NCBI GenBank assembly: GCA_973895155.1
Contig: OZ316899.1
Location: 15,713,974-15,777,973, forward strand
DNA length: 64,000 nucleotides
Reading direction: 5' to 3'
DNA from: Marsupella aquatica
Lineage: Eukaryota; Plantae; Marchantiophyta
Part shown: piece after piece, positions 22,723-32,903 of the stretch
Numbering within the stretch: the stretch's first letter is position 1
Layout of the letters: the number at the start of each line of letters is the position of its first letter
Notes under the pieces: model-generated
The model's input: only the letters and a program-made list of their open reading frames with translations
What the model was told of the DNA's origin: nothing
Databases searched by the model: none
Position numbers and translations under genes: made by a program

Positions 22723-25700
22723 TTCTTATTCATCTTCTTGTCTCTGAATACGTTATCAGCACGAGCTGCCAAAGCTGAGCACAGAAATTTTTTTTCACTG
22801 ACGCACTACCCACGACTCATCCTCTCTCATCTTCGCAATTTTTTTTTTCTTCCGAACTTTGTGAAGCGACGCCCAATTGATCAACGATTATTCCTACAGC
22901 GAGACTTTGCATTCCATCAAATCGCCCACATTCACTTTTACGAAGGAAGAGCGCCACAGTCATCCATCCACGAACTCCACACGAAAATGCTCAAGGTCAC
23001 TAAATCTGACATTTATAGCATTCTGAACATTCGACATTGATTTTCCAACAGTTCACATTCATAGACTACCCTGGATAGAGGCAATGACTACCGTAGAGAA
23101 ACTCTTATTTGAGGCACTGTCAATCGATGGGGCCAATTACTTATCGTGGTCCCTGGATATTGAAGCACATCTCAGCTCCAAATCTCTCCAAGACACGATC
23201 ACCACAGACGCTGGATGCACTCTTCAAGAGAAGGCGAAGGCCCTCATCCTCATCCGTCACCACTTAGCAGCCCCATTGAAGCGACAGTACTTGAATCAAT
23301 ACAACCCACGCTTACTCTGGGAGGACCTACAATCTCGATTCGATCACATGAAAACTATATCACTCCCTGCAGCACGCCATGATTGGATCAACTTACGAGT
23401 TCAAGACCATGCTACAATTGCCAATTATAACAGCGAGTTATTTCGTATCACTTCACAGCTAGCAGTGTGCGATCACCCTGTATCCGACGAAGAACAAATC
23501 GAGAAGACGTTATCGACATTTCATGCTACAAACCTGGTACTCTCAGCACAATACCGTAATATGAACTTTACCAAATATTCTGAACTAATCGCTTACATGC
23601 TATTAGCAGAAAAGCACCAGATTTTGCTCCTTGAAAACGCCAAAACTCGACCACCCGGCAGTGCTGCACCACCAACCAAGACCGAGACCCACTTCAACAG
23701 AGGAGAAGGCAGCACCAGAGGCAGAGGCAGAAGTTTCAGTCGCAGCAGAGGACGTTCGACAGGAAGAGGACGAGGCCGTTTCGACCGGGGCATGGGCAGG
23801 AGCAACGATTGGCAAACACCACCGGGACGAACCTGGAACCGGAGAGGCAACAGAGGAGGAGGCCGCAGCTTCGTCCGCGGCAGAGGACGAGACTACCTCA
23901 CCTATAACAGAGATAAGTCTGACACTCCCACCTGTTTTAGATGTGGAACTAAAGGTCACACACAAAACGTTTGTCGAGCCCCTGCCCACTTAGTTAAGCT
24001 ATATCAAGATAATTTGCATCAACCAGGCCCCGGACGTCACGGCAATTTCCTAGAGGCACCCAATGACCTTGACCATTATGTAGTCTCTTCACCTTTACCT
24101 GAGGTTCATACAGTTAGTTTACAAAGCGACCTCCCTGCCGATCCTGCTCCCACACATTGTATTGTGGACAGCGGAACATCTCATTCGATACTACGCCACA
24201 AGAAATACTTCACCAAGATCCTTCAATCTAACCGTCCTGTCACAACCATCACTGGACAGAATCACATTGAAGAGGGCAATGGCCCAGCAATCGTCCGATT
24301 TCCTGGCGGAACAACCATCCGTATTCAATCAGCCATATACGCCCCTACAGCCACCCGAAACTTGATAAGTTTTCGTGATATACGGGACAACAACCTACAC
24401 ATTCATACCAGCAAACAAGATCGGCAGGAAGTACTGCACATTTTGGCCGAAACCAATACAGGACTTATAATCAAAGAGACCCTGTTAAACCATCCCCCTG
24501 GCCTCTATATCACTCACATATATTCATATCACACAGAAAAGGCAACCAGAACACTTACGGACCGATGGCATCTTCGCCTTGGTCATCCAGGTACTACCAT
24601 GTACCACAGAATCATTCAGGACACAGTAGGCATCCCACTTGGCGTCCACCCGTCCCAAAGTAAACAGATCTGCACAGCATGTTCCCAGGGTAAACTTATC
24701 ATACGCCCCTCCATTGACAAAACCATACACGCTATACCCCGATTCCTTGAACGCCTACATGCGGATGTGTGTGGCCCTATAGACCCCCCATCAGGCCCCT
24801 TCAGATACTTCCTAGTACTCATCGATGCTTCCTCCAAATGGTCCCAAGTCTCCTTGCTATCAACCAGAAATCTTGTATTTTCTCGGATACTGTCCAACAT
24901 ACTGAAACTCAGATCACAATTTCCAGATCATCCAATCTGCACCCTTCGAGTCGATAATGCCGGTGAGTTCACATCCCGGACATTCGACACATACTGCGAA
25001 ACTGCAGGGATTGATGTTCAGTATCCTGTACCCCATGTACACTTCCAGAATGGAATAGCTGAATCCTTAATCAAGCGACTACAGATGATAGCCAGACCTT
25101 TACTGCTACAGACCAATTTACCTATATCAGCATGGGGTCATGCCATTATTCACGCCTCCTCCCTCATCCGATACAGACCATCTGCCTATAATCAGTATAC
25201 CCCACACCATTTATTGTTCGGAATCCCACCTAATGTCTCTCACCTTCGCATCTTCGGGTGCAAAGTCCTGGTCCCCATTTTGGGACCCAAACGCACCAAG
25301 ATGGGTCCACAGAGACAACAGGGGATTTATGTAGGATTCGACTCACCATCAATTATTCGGTATTTAGAACCATCTACAGCAGATCTATTCAAGGCTCGGT
25401 TCCTTGATTGTGATTTTATTGAAGATGATTTCCCCAAATTAATGGAGAACCAGACTCCAGTCTATACACCGGACTTACAATGGCAGTTAAAACCCTCCTT
25501 CCAGCATGATCCACGGACAGTCCAAACCGAAGCAGAAGTACAGAAAATCCTCCACCTTCAACAAATGTTAGAGAAACTCCCAGACGCCTTTAATGATGCT
25601 GCAAATGTCACTCAATCCTTAACACCCGCTGCCAATGCACCAGCACGGATCCAACCCACTCGACTAGCTACCGAAGCCCTCCCCAGGGCAAAAAGGGGCA

Positions 25701-28239
25701 GACCACTCGGCTCGAAAGATAGCCAACCCAGACAACGCCGGACCACACCTGTTGTACCTACGATACCAAGTCCCACACCTGCACCCCCTGGACCTCAACC
25801 AACTTTAGTTAATGACAATGACGAAATAGCCATCCAATATATGCATTCAGGCCAAATCTGGAAACGAGAAACCACTACCATAGATGATGCATTTGCATAT
25901 ATGATATCAAAAGAGATAACTAATGATACTCCAGACCCATTAACAGTAACAGAATGTCAATCTCGCCCAGACTGGCCCCAATGGGAAGCGGCTATTAACT
26001 CTGAACTTGATTCGCTGATCAAACGCCAAGTTTTCGGACCGATCACTCCAGCTCCTACTCACAGCCATCTAACAGGCTACAGATTCATCTTCGTCCGCAA
26101 GAGAAATGCCAAGGGCGAAGTAGTTAGATATAAGGCCAGACTAGTGGCGAAGGGCTACACCCAAATCCCAGGTCAAGACTATGACCTGACACATTCTCCA
26201 GTGATGGACTCAATTACATACCGCTACATGATAGCGTTTGCTTTACTACATAAGCTAGTCATGCACATCCTGGATGTAATAACAGCTTACCTGTATGGCA
26301 TGCTAGATACCAAAATTTACATGAAAGCTCCTCCAGAGCTTCTCAATAGATTGTCCTTCCACATTCAGGGGGAGAAATCCGGCATATCAGTCCAATCACT
26401 ACGATCTGGCATGATCCAGATGGTTCCTACTGAACCCTTAATTGCGCAAATTACAAATGCTGGACCTACTGTCCACTCTGGTGGGCTATACTCACCACAT
26501 AATACACATCAAGTGCCTCCAGCACGCAGCAAGAGACCTCAAATGGAATATGCCGTACAAATCTTGCGTTCAATGTATGGCCTAAAGCAAAGTGGCCGGA
26601 TGTGGTATAAACGATTCCAAGCTGAAATGTTAGCTTTGGGATTTATAAATGATGAGCTAGCGCCCTGTCTATTCCTGAAATCTGAGGCAGAAGAATTCGT
26701 CATAATAGCCATCTATGTTGATGACCTGAATATATTCGGGACACCACAACTCACAGCCCATACACTCCGTATTCTGAAGGGCACATTCGAAATGAGGGAC
26801 CTTGGTCCACCTAACTTCTGCCTCGGCATTCAGTTCGACTACCTGCACAATGGTATTCTGATTAGTCAATCTACCTACACCGAGAAGATTTTACGACAGT
26901 TCAATATGCAAACAGCCCACCCTGTCAGCACACCAATGGAGCTTCGCTCCTTAGACACTAACAAAGATATGTTCAGAAGGCGCGGCGAAACAGAACCTCT
27001 TCTTGGATCTGACAAACCCTACCTCTCTGCCATTGGCGCCCTTATGTATTTGGCTAATCAGACTCGTCCCGACATCTCTTTTGCTGTAAATCTCTTGGCC
27101 AGACATAGTTCTCAGCCAACAATCCGCCATTGGAATGGGCTGAAGAGGATTTTTCGATACCTGAAGGGCACAGTCGACGTTGGTCTATTTTTTCCGAAAG
27201 ATGCTGAAGACAAATTGATTGGATTTGCAGATGCGGGCTACCTCTCTGACCCTGGAGATGCCAAATCACAAACAGGGTACGTTTTTCTTCAAGGTGGCAC
27301 CGCCATTTCGTGGCGCAGCTCCAAGCAAACACTCACCACAACCTCTTCTAATCATGCGGAAATCATAGCTTTGTATGAAGCCTGCCGAGAATGTGTATGG
27401 TTACGAAGCATGCTCCATCACATCCACAAGCACACTGGTCGCCAACAATCTAAAGCGCCTACTACTATTTACGAGGACAACCGCCCCTGTGTTGACCAAA
27501 TCGCTCATGGCTTCATAAAAGGTGACAGAATTAAACACATCTCTCCGAAATTCTTCTATACACATGAACAGCACGGTGATCAAATTCAGGTCGAATGGAT
27601 ACCCAGCCGAGACAACCGAGCAGACTTATTCACAAAACCATTACCACCGCTTTTGCATAAGGAACATTCATACGGCATCGGCATGAGAAGCCTATCCACA
27701 CTGCACACAGAACAGATATGACCATTACGATCCGATTAAACCCTAAACTCCATTTTCTACACGATTATAGACGACACCGCAACCATTACCACTTACGATG
27801 CATTAACATGTTCACCTTCGCCTATCAAGAATGCATACATCGAATCACATTTCTACTATACGTCTACATTTCAATATGGACCCATGCCATGTACAGAGTG
27901 GTGGTACTCTTTCCCCCAGAAGAAAGAAGGGGGGTTTTGATGAGACCACACTCTCCTTATGGGTACCAAAATAATCCACCTAGGGTTAGTATTACTCTCA
28001 ATATGGTTACTTTATTATGCTATTCAAGTAACCAAGGGGGAGTGTTGTAATATGAAGTTAACACTAACCCGAGTCATGTTAGTAGAGTTAGTTAGTCCTA
28101 ACTAACCGAAGCTTAGGTTGTTAGTAACAACCTAACCGCATGTAATAGATCGAGTCCTTAGGGACTATAAGGTAATGGAAGTTGGAGGGAACCTCCAGTT
28201 GTTGGTGTATGTTCTTATTCATCTTCTTGTCTCTGAATA
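22723..28239 (+). mobile_element. Ty1/copia LTR retrotransposon 1 (Bianca-like), 5' LTR truncated
   Basis: 3' LTR 28043-28239 (TG...TA, 197 bp) follows PPT AAGGGGGAG 28034-28042. Only its last 28 bp recur at 22723-22750, followed by PBS CGTTATCAGCACGA 22751-22764. Confidence 0.93.
23084..27721 (+). CDS. Intact copia gag-pol polyprotein, 1545 aa
   Basis: Gag CCHC CFRCGTKGHTQNVC, protease IVDSGTSH, GAG-pre-integrase WHLRLGHPG, integrase HADVCGP/RVDNAGEF/QNGIAE, RT YGLKQSGR/IYVDD, RNase H GFADAGY/IYEDN; order PR-IN-RT-RH. Confidence 0.97.
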   Translation: MTTVEKLLFEALSIDGANYLSWSLDIEAHLSSKSLQDTITTDAGCTLQEKAKALILIRHHLAAPLKRQYLNQYNPRLLWEDLQSRFDHMKTISLPAARHDWINLRVQDHATIANYNSELFRITSQLAVCDHPVSDEEQIEKTLSTFHATNLVLSAQYRNMNFTKYSELIAYMLLAEKHQILLLENAKTRPPGSAAPPTKTETHFNRGEGSTRGRGRSFSRSRGRSTGRGRGRFDRGMGRSNDWQTPPGRTWNRRGNRGGGRSFVRGRGRDYLTYNRDKSDTPTCFRCGTKGHTQNVCRAPAHLVKLYQDNLHQPGPGRHGNFLEAPNDLDHYVVSSPLPEVHTVSLQSDLPADPAPTHCIVDSGTSHSILRHKKYFTKILQSNRPVTTITGQNHIEEGNGPAIVRFPGGTTIRIQSAIYAPTATRNLISFRDIRDNNLHIHTSKQDRQEVLHILAETNTGLIIKETLLNHPPGLYITHIYSYHTEKATRTLTDRWHLRLGHPGTTMYHRIIQDTVGIPLGVHPSQSKQICTACSQGKLIIRPSIDKTIHAIPRFLERLHADVCGPIDPPSGPFRYFLVLIDASSKWSQVSLLSTRNLVFSRILSNILKLRSQFPDHPICTLRVDNAGEFTSRTFDTYCETAGIDVQYPVPHVHFQNGIAESLIKRLQMIARPLLLQTNLPISAWGHAIIHASSLIRYRPSAYNQYTPHHLLFGIPPNVSHLRIFGCKVLVPILGPKRTKMGPQRQQGIYVGFDSPSIIRYLEPSTADLFKARFLDCDFIEDDFPKLMENQTPVYTPDLQWQLKPSFQHDPRTVQTEAEVQKILHLQQMLEKLPDAFNDAANVTQSLTPAANAPARIQPTRLATEALPRAKRGRPLGSKDSQPRQRRTTPVVPTIPSPTPAPPGPQPTLVNDNDEIAIQYMHSGQIWKRETTTIDDAFAYMISKEITNDTPDPLTVTECQSRPDWPQWEAAINSELDSLIKRQVFGPITPAPTHSHLTGYRFIFVRKRNAKGEVVRYKARLVAKGYTQIPGQDYDLTHSPVMDSITYRYMIAFALLHKLVMHILDVITAYLYGMLDTKIYMKAPPELLNRLSFHIQGEKSGISVQSLRSGMIQMVPTEPLIAQITNAGPTVHSGGLYSPHNTHQVPPARSKRPQMEYAVQILRSMYGLKQSGRMWYKRFQAEMLALGFINDELAPCLFLKSEAEEFVIIAIYVDDLNIFGTPQLTAHTLRILKGTFEMRDLGPPNFCLGIQFDYLHNGILISQSTYTEKILRQFNMQTAHPVSTPMELRSLDTNKDMFRRRGETEPLLGSDKPYLSAIGALMYLANQTRPDISFAVNLLARHSSQPTIRHWNGLKRIFRYLKGTVDVGLFFPKDAEDKLIGFADAGYLSDPGDAKSQTGYVFLQGGTAISWRSSKQTLTTTSSNHAEIIALYEACRECVWLRSMLHHIHKHTGRQQSKAPTTIYEDNRPCVDQIAHGFIKGDRIKHISPKFFYTHEQHGDQIQVEWIPSRDNRADLFTKPLPPLLHKEHSYGIGMRSLSTLHTEQI

Positions 28240-28399
28240 ATTGTGTCAAATTCCAACCATTAGTAAGATTGCAAATTCCTGAGAAGTAAGGAGTAGACAA
28301 ATCCTTCTTCTTCAAATACAATCCTTCTTCTTTGAATACAATCCTCCTCCTTTTGAGGGGCAGCGGAAGGCATAGGCAATTTGCTCCACAGTCCATAAA

Positions 28400-28645
28400 C
28401 TCGGTCGAGCTCTAAATGGTTTGTCAAAATTCAGGAGCAATCAGCGATCCTTTCACAAAATCCTATAAACACAAGTCAAGCTCTACATTCCAAGGAATTG
28501 CGAGTAGATGTTCCAATCCCAGCTGCTGTAACAATGTTCTTAAATTTGCACAATTGTTGGGTGCCTGAGGAATTCGAGCTACTACACTCTTAGGAATTGC
28601 TAGAGCATCGACACGGTACTGCTCATCAGTGCCCAGGCCAGCCAT
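28400..28645 (-). pseudogene. Fragment of a transposon accessory (PMD-like) protein
   Basis: LQQLGLEHLLAIPW...DFV resembles GSGLEAFVKLPW...EFV in ORF 30857. Confidence 0.3.
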
Positions 28646-28901
28646 AGCTCTAATCTATTCTGCCAAGTGCGCAAAGAAGTGGGTAGCTCGAGAGAGATGA
28701 TGGAGAAGACAGGGAAGAAATCAGGAGTGAGCACCTGAGTCCTACATTGCCTTCCCTTCAAGGCGCACTCTTCTTCCATTGTGGAGTCCCGTTGAACTAG
28801 CCGTAAAAAGTTGCAATCACAGGGTCGCCAACTCGTAAGGCGTAACTCTTAAGTCCTAACTTGTAAACTCATAAACCAGTGAACTAGTAAACTAGTAGTG
28901 A

Positions 28902-30296
28902 TGGACCTAACCACCCAGCGCCCTCACCAATCCCAACACTTGCGCCTAAGTGCCCTTGGTGCTCGAACGCCTCCACGGAATACCTCGAGCAAGCATCCAA
29001 GTGCCTCTAGCACCACCTGCGGCCCCTCCCATTGGAAGCCGCACTTGCTCACCTACACGACCACTACTCAACGGTCCTCACTATGTGCACAAGCAACCAA
29101 GCATCTCGGTAAGTAACCCCTCCGGATCTAGAACGCGCCAAGTCTAGCATCCTAACTCAAGCTCAACAGACGTTGGTAATTAGGTCAGCGATAGGTCCTC
29201 CCGATGCCATAAGCCGGAACCAGAGCCCACGCCCACTGTCCGTCCAGGACAACTCCTTCCTTGGGCGCGGCCCGGGTTCCCCCTTGTACCTATCCATCAC
29301 CAACTGACCGCCCTAACCTCAGGACATGCTCATGGCCCAATTAGCGTAGCTTGTCCCAACACGTCGGGACCAGAACGGCCCCAACTCTAGCAATCGCTCC
29401 CGGTTTTCCCCATTGATGGTCTAGGGACCGAGCATCCTTGGGACTCAGCCTCCATACCTACTTGGCCTTGCCTCCCCAACGCAATCTCCCTTGGCAGGCT
29501 GAACACGGCTTGGCTGCTGTTCGACAGGATTTGGCAAGCGGGCGAGCTAACACCCGTAAACCACAAGAACCCATGGCACCCCCGGACCCATCTGAGCTCA
29601 GGAGGGCGTAGCCCTCCTCAAGAGCTTCCCAACGAACCCAAGAAGTCTTTGAACGGACTTCCCGTTGGGAAGATATCGCCATTTCCGTTTGGCAGTTTCC
29701 CTTAGTGTCGCGACCGCCGCGGCTCATGACTTCGGCTCGCCCTTAGCCAGGGAGACACCACTCCCCTCATATATGTTTCTGGGGACCTGCCACCCCTGGA
29801 CCAGCTTTGGTCCCTAATCATTTGGCCCCCAACCCGGATCCCATCGCGCATAATGGGCGCGCCACCAACTGGCAACGCCCATAACTTTCTTGATAGGCAT
29901 CCGCAAGCGGAGTGCCTTAGTCCGTGTGACCGGGCCGACCCAGTGCTCATGCCTAGGCCCTCAGGTCTGATCGCCGCTTGGGGCCCTCGACCGGCCCAAC
30001 CCAGATCGGGCCACAACTTGCGCCCCAAGCGTCCGTTGCCCATGGCTTCAACTCCATTGGCCTTGGGCCCAAGAGGAACTCACACTCAAGCCCTCAGAGC
30101 TCAAAGTCCATCCGGAGGTCCCAACGGCCATCCTTGAGCCCAACCCATTTCCCCTTGACCCGACCAGCCATTGGTTAGTCCAAGTCCTTAATGTGTGCCC
30201 CCAGCTTGGCTCCTTGCCTTGCTAGTGCCGTGTCTCGTTGCCCACAAGTCTCCCTATGCTAAGTCCTCCCCGGATGGCCTATCCGGGCCTGGACCA
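28902..30296 (+). mobile_element. 1.4-kb GC-rich non-autonomous element, copy 1
   Basis: Highly similar to 52871-54251 (reverse) and 63229-64000. Ends A|TGGACC...TGGACCA|T, with 3' hairpin CCCGGAT-GGCCT-ATCCGGG. Confidence 0.9.
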
Positions 30297-30856
30297 TTGT
30301 GATGCCTAGCCAGGAATCACTAGGCCAGTTTAAATGATAAAATAAGGAGTAAACCCTGGAAACACATTAGAGTAGTAGCAAAAAGATGGAAAATATAAAC
30401 AATTAAGGGTGGCCATGGAACCCGAGCCGAGGCCAAAAGTAAAAGCGTCGGGGGAGGGAACACGATTAGGGTTAGGGCGCGCTAAGTGCCGGCGGCTATA
30501 GGTAACTAGCGGGAAGGAAGACCAGTCAGGGAGGGGTAAGGATTGATCGCAAGGAATGGCGGCCCATTTGCAAGCACGAACTAAGCAAACGACTACGGGA
30601 GGCCAACTACTGTCCGCTGCTCAGGCAGGCACTCGGGGTGGAAGCAGATACCGCCAATCAACTCAAGAAGGGTATGATCAACGTCAATCAAGCTGCTCAT
30701 TTTTGGGGATGCCTGTTAGAACGGGCAATTGAGTACATTGGGACCTACAAGGACAAAGAATCGGAGAGAGCCGCTTGAGAACGGCAGGAGCTCGCTCAAC
30801 TGTGGGAGCTGCATAAGTCTGCCTTCTTAGGAGGAGAACTCATTACGGCTGAATTC

Positions 30857-31261
30857 TTGTGGACGCCTAGTGCCGACGAACTCGACGATCACCAGGGCTT
30901 CATGGCCGGATCCGGCTTGGAAGCCTTCGTAAAGTTACCATGGCTGAAGCTGGAGGTACCGGATTCAAACTTATTAGAATTCGTGGGATCTTGGGAGCCC
31001 GAGACCAATTCCACAAGGGTGTATGGGAAAGAATTTTGTCTCACTCCCCAAGTAGGATTTGGCAGAGTGCAAGTCGGTTCTACAACGTTCCATGGCAAGA
31101 GGATCCCACCAGGTTATTCAGTAGTGTTAATCACATTACTAGTGAAACCTAAAGCTGTCCTTCCCATTCCAAACACAAATGATGATCCTCCTCAGAAAAC
31201 ACTTGGAGATGCTGCAGGTTCTTTGGTATTATGGCCAAGCAAGTACATAGAGGATCCATAA
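30857..31261 (+). pseudogene. Chimeric ORF: PMD-like fragment fused to the C-terminus of a CACTA TnpA-like protein
   Basis: C-terminal FHGKRIPPGYSVV...LPIPN...TLGDAAGSLVLWP is typical of En/Spm ORF2. Junction near 31047. Confidence 0.65.
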
Positions 31262-31948
31262 CAATGTAGTGTGAGTCATGCTTTGTAGATTTTAGAATTC
31301 AATGCATTTACTTTCAATTATTTCAAACAATTATCAGTTTACAAGATCCTGTTTTCTTTGAATTATCTTGATGACAATGTAAACAGTTCTATTGTAATTG
31401 AATTGATGCTCATGTTTCAGCAATATTGTCATTCTGTTCAATTCTTATGAATGAGTACATACTATGTTCGATCTACTTATATCATATGTTGTTATGGATT
31501 TGTTATGGATTAGTTATGGTTATAACTTCCCCAAATTCCATCTCAACCTTATTAGTTATAAGAATGACTATGTAGAGACCCAAATGGTTGTGTAGTGTGA
31601 CCGGACCAGGGTCTCCCTTGGTCTATTTTGTGACACTAAAATGCCACAAGGTAGTTGCTATTAATGGCAAGTAAGTCACGGATGTGACTTACCCTGTGAC
31701 TAATTAAAGTCACATTATAGTCACTTATAAACAAGGCTAGACTCCATGATAGAGTCACAGAAGAGTCACAAATGGGTATCAAGCAAGTCGCAATTCCATG
31801 TATCAATAGTGACTACTATTTTTGGGTCTCAACTTTTGCAACTCCAAGGGTCACAGCCTGGGTCACGTCACGTTGAGTCACAATGAAGTCACATGAGCCA
31901 AAATGAGTCACATATTGCGGTCTCAGATGAGCTCGGATTCTTCTAGTG
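31047..31948 (+). mobile_element. CACTA element right arm
   Basis: TnpA tail, dense GTCAC/GTGAC subterminal repeats 31590-31925, terminus TTCTTCTAGTG (reverse complement CACTAGAAGAA) ending at 31948. Confidence 0.85.
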
Positions 31949-31952
31949 TTAG

Positions 31953-32040
31953 CACTAGTAGAAACCGGGGCAATTTAGACCAAACCTTTTAGGACTAAGG
32001 CCACTAAGTCCTTTTTTGCAACTTCAAATGACTCAGAACC
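31953..32040 (+). mobile_element. Left end of a second CACTA element
   Basis: CACTAGTAGAAACCGGG...TTTAGACC resembles the neighbouring end CACTAGAAGAATCCGAG...TGAGACC. No matching right end found in the window. Confidence 0.65.
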
Positions 32041-32279
32041 ATTGCACCGGTTCACATGAACACTACAAAAGACTGTGAGTGCTTTTTGGTTTAGGATAAG
32101 ACTATCAAAAGTTCCACCCTACTTTGTGAAAGGGTGAACACTCTCGCACATGATGGGTTGTAGGGTTTAGTTGTGGGCTTTAATTTGATAATGGACATAT
32201 GGGGGGTTTACGTCCCGCTATATTGAACACGTACAAACTCAGTAAATGTCTAAATGCCCTAATGTCTCATATACTCCAT

Positions 32280-32530
32280 AGTGGGTTTAGGGGGGGTTTA
32301 TGTCTCAAGGGTGGGCCGATTATATGTGAAGGGTGTGGGGGGTCACTACTAAAGGGGGTTTAGGGGGGTTTATATGTCAAGGGTGGGCCGGTTAGGTCTC
32401 AAGGGGGTGGGGGTCAGTAAAAGGGATTTATATCTCAAGGGTGTGCCGGTTATATGTCAAGGGTGTGGGGGGTCACTAAATGGGGTTTAGGGGGGTTTAT
32501 ATGTCAAGGGTGGGGTTACATCTTCACGGG
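32280..32530 (+). repeat. G-rich tandem repeat (GGGGTTTAGGGGGGTTTATATGTCAAGGGTG-like units)
   Basis: About 7 degenerate TATNTCAAGGGTG units with G4-G7 runs on one strand. Confidence 0.8.
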
Positions 32531-32903
32531 GTGAGGTTTCCCCTTGGTCGAAAAGGACTTTTTATATCATGGGCGTCATTTTTTAAATAACATTGGTCCT
32601 TAACCTTCTTGTTAGCACCTACACAAATGCCGACGGCTAAGATGACGCCCTGCATTGTGGGAGGACTATCACATGTGAATGGGAGTATGCTCATATTTTG
32701 TTACTTGTAACAAAGCTACAGGGAGGACACAAAATTAGGGGGTATTTACAAACGACAGGAAACAGCAAACAGTAATAAGAAACAGAAACTGGTAACAGGA
32801 AAATGAGTGGTAATTTTTTTGGAAATTTTTTTGAAAAAAAGAGGTTTTTTTTTTGAATTTTTTTTTGTGCTAGTGCCCAAAGCTAGCCAAAAAATGTTAT
32901 AAT

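Noticed and set aside
23593-27583. Antisense and alternate-frame ORFs within the copia (and similarly MULE and Sola) genes
   Set aside because: Shadow ORFs of the real frames with no motifs.
29458-30178. ORFs conserved between the 1.4-kb copies (MSRGGRDTKG..., MGNGRLGRKL...)
   Set aside because: Short, no domain, lengths differ between copies; explained by GC-rich DNA identity.
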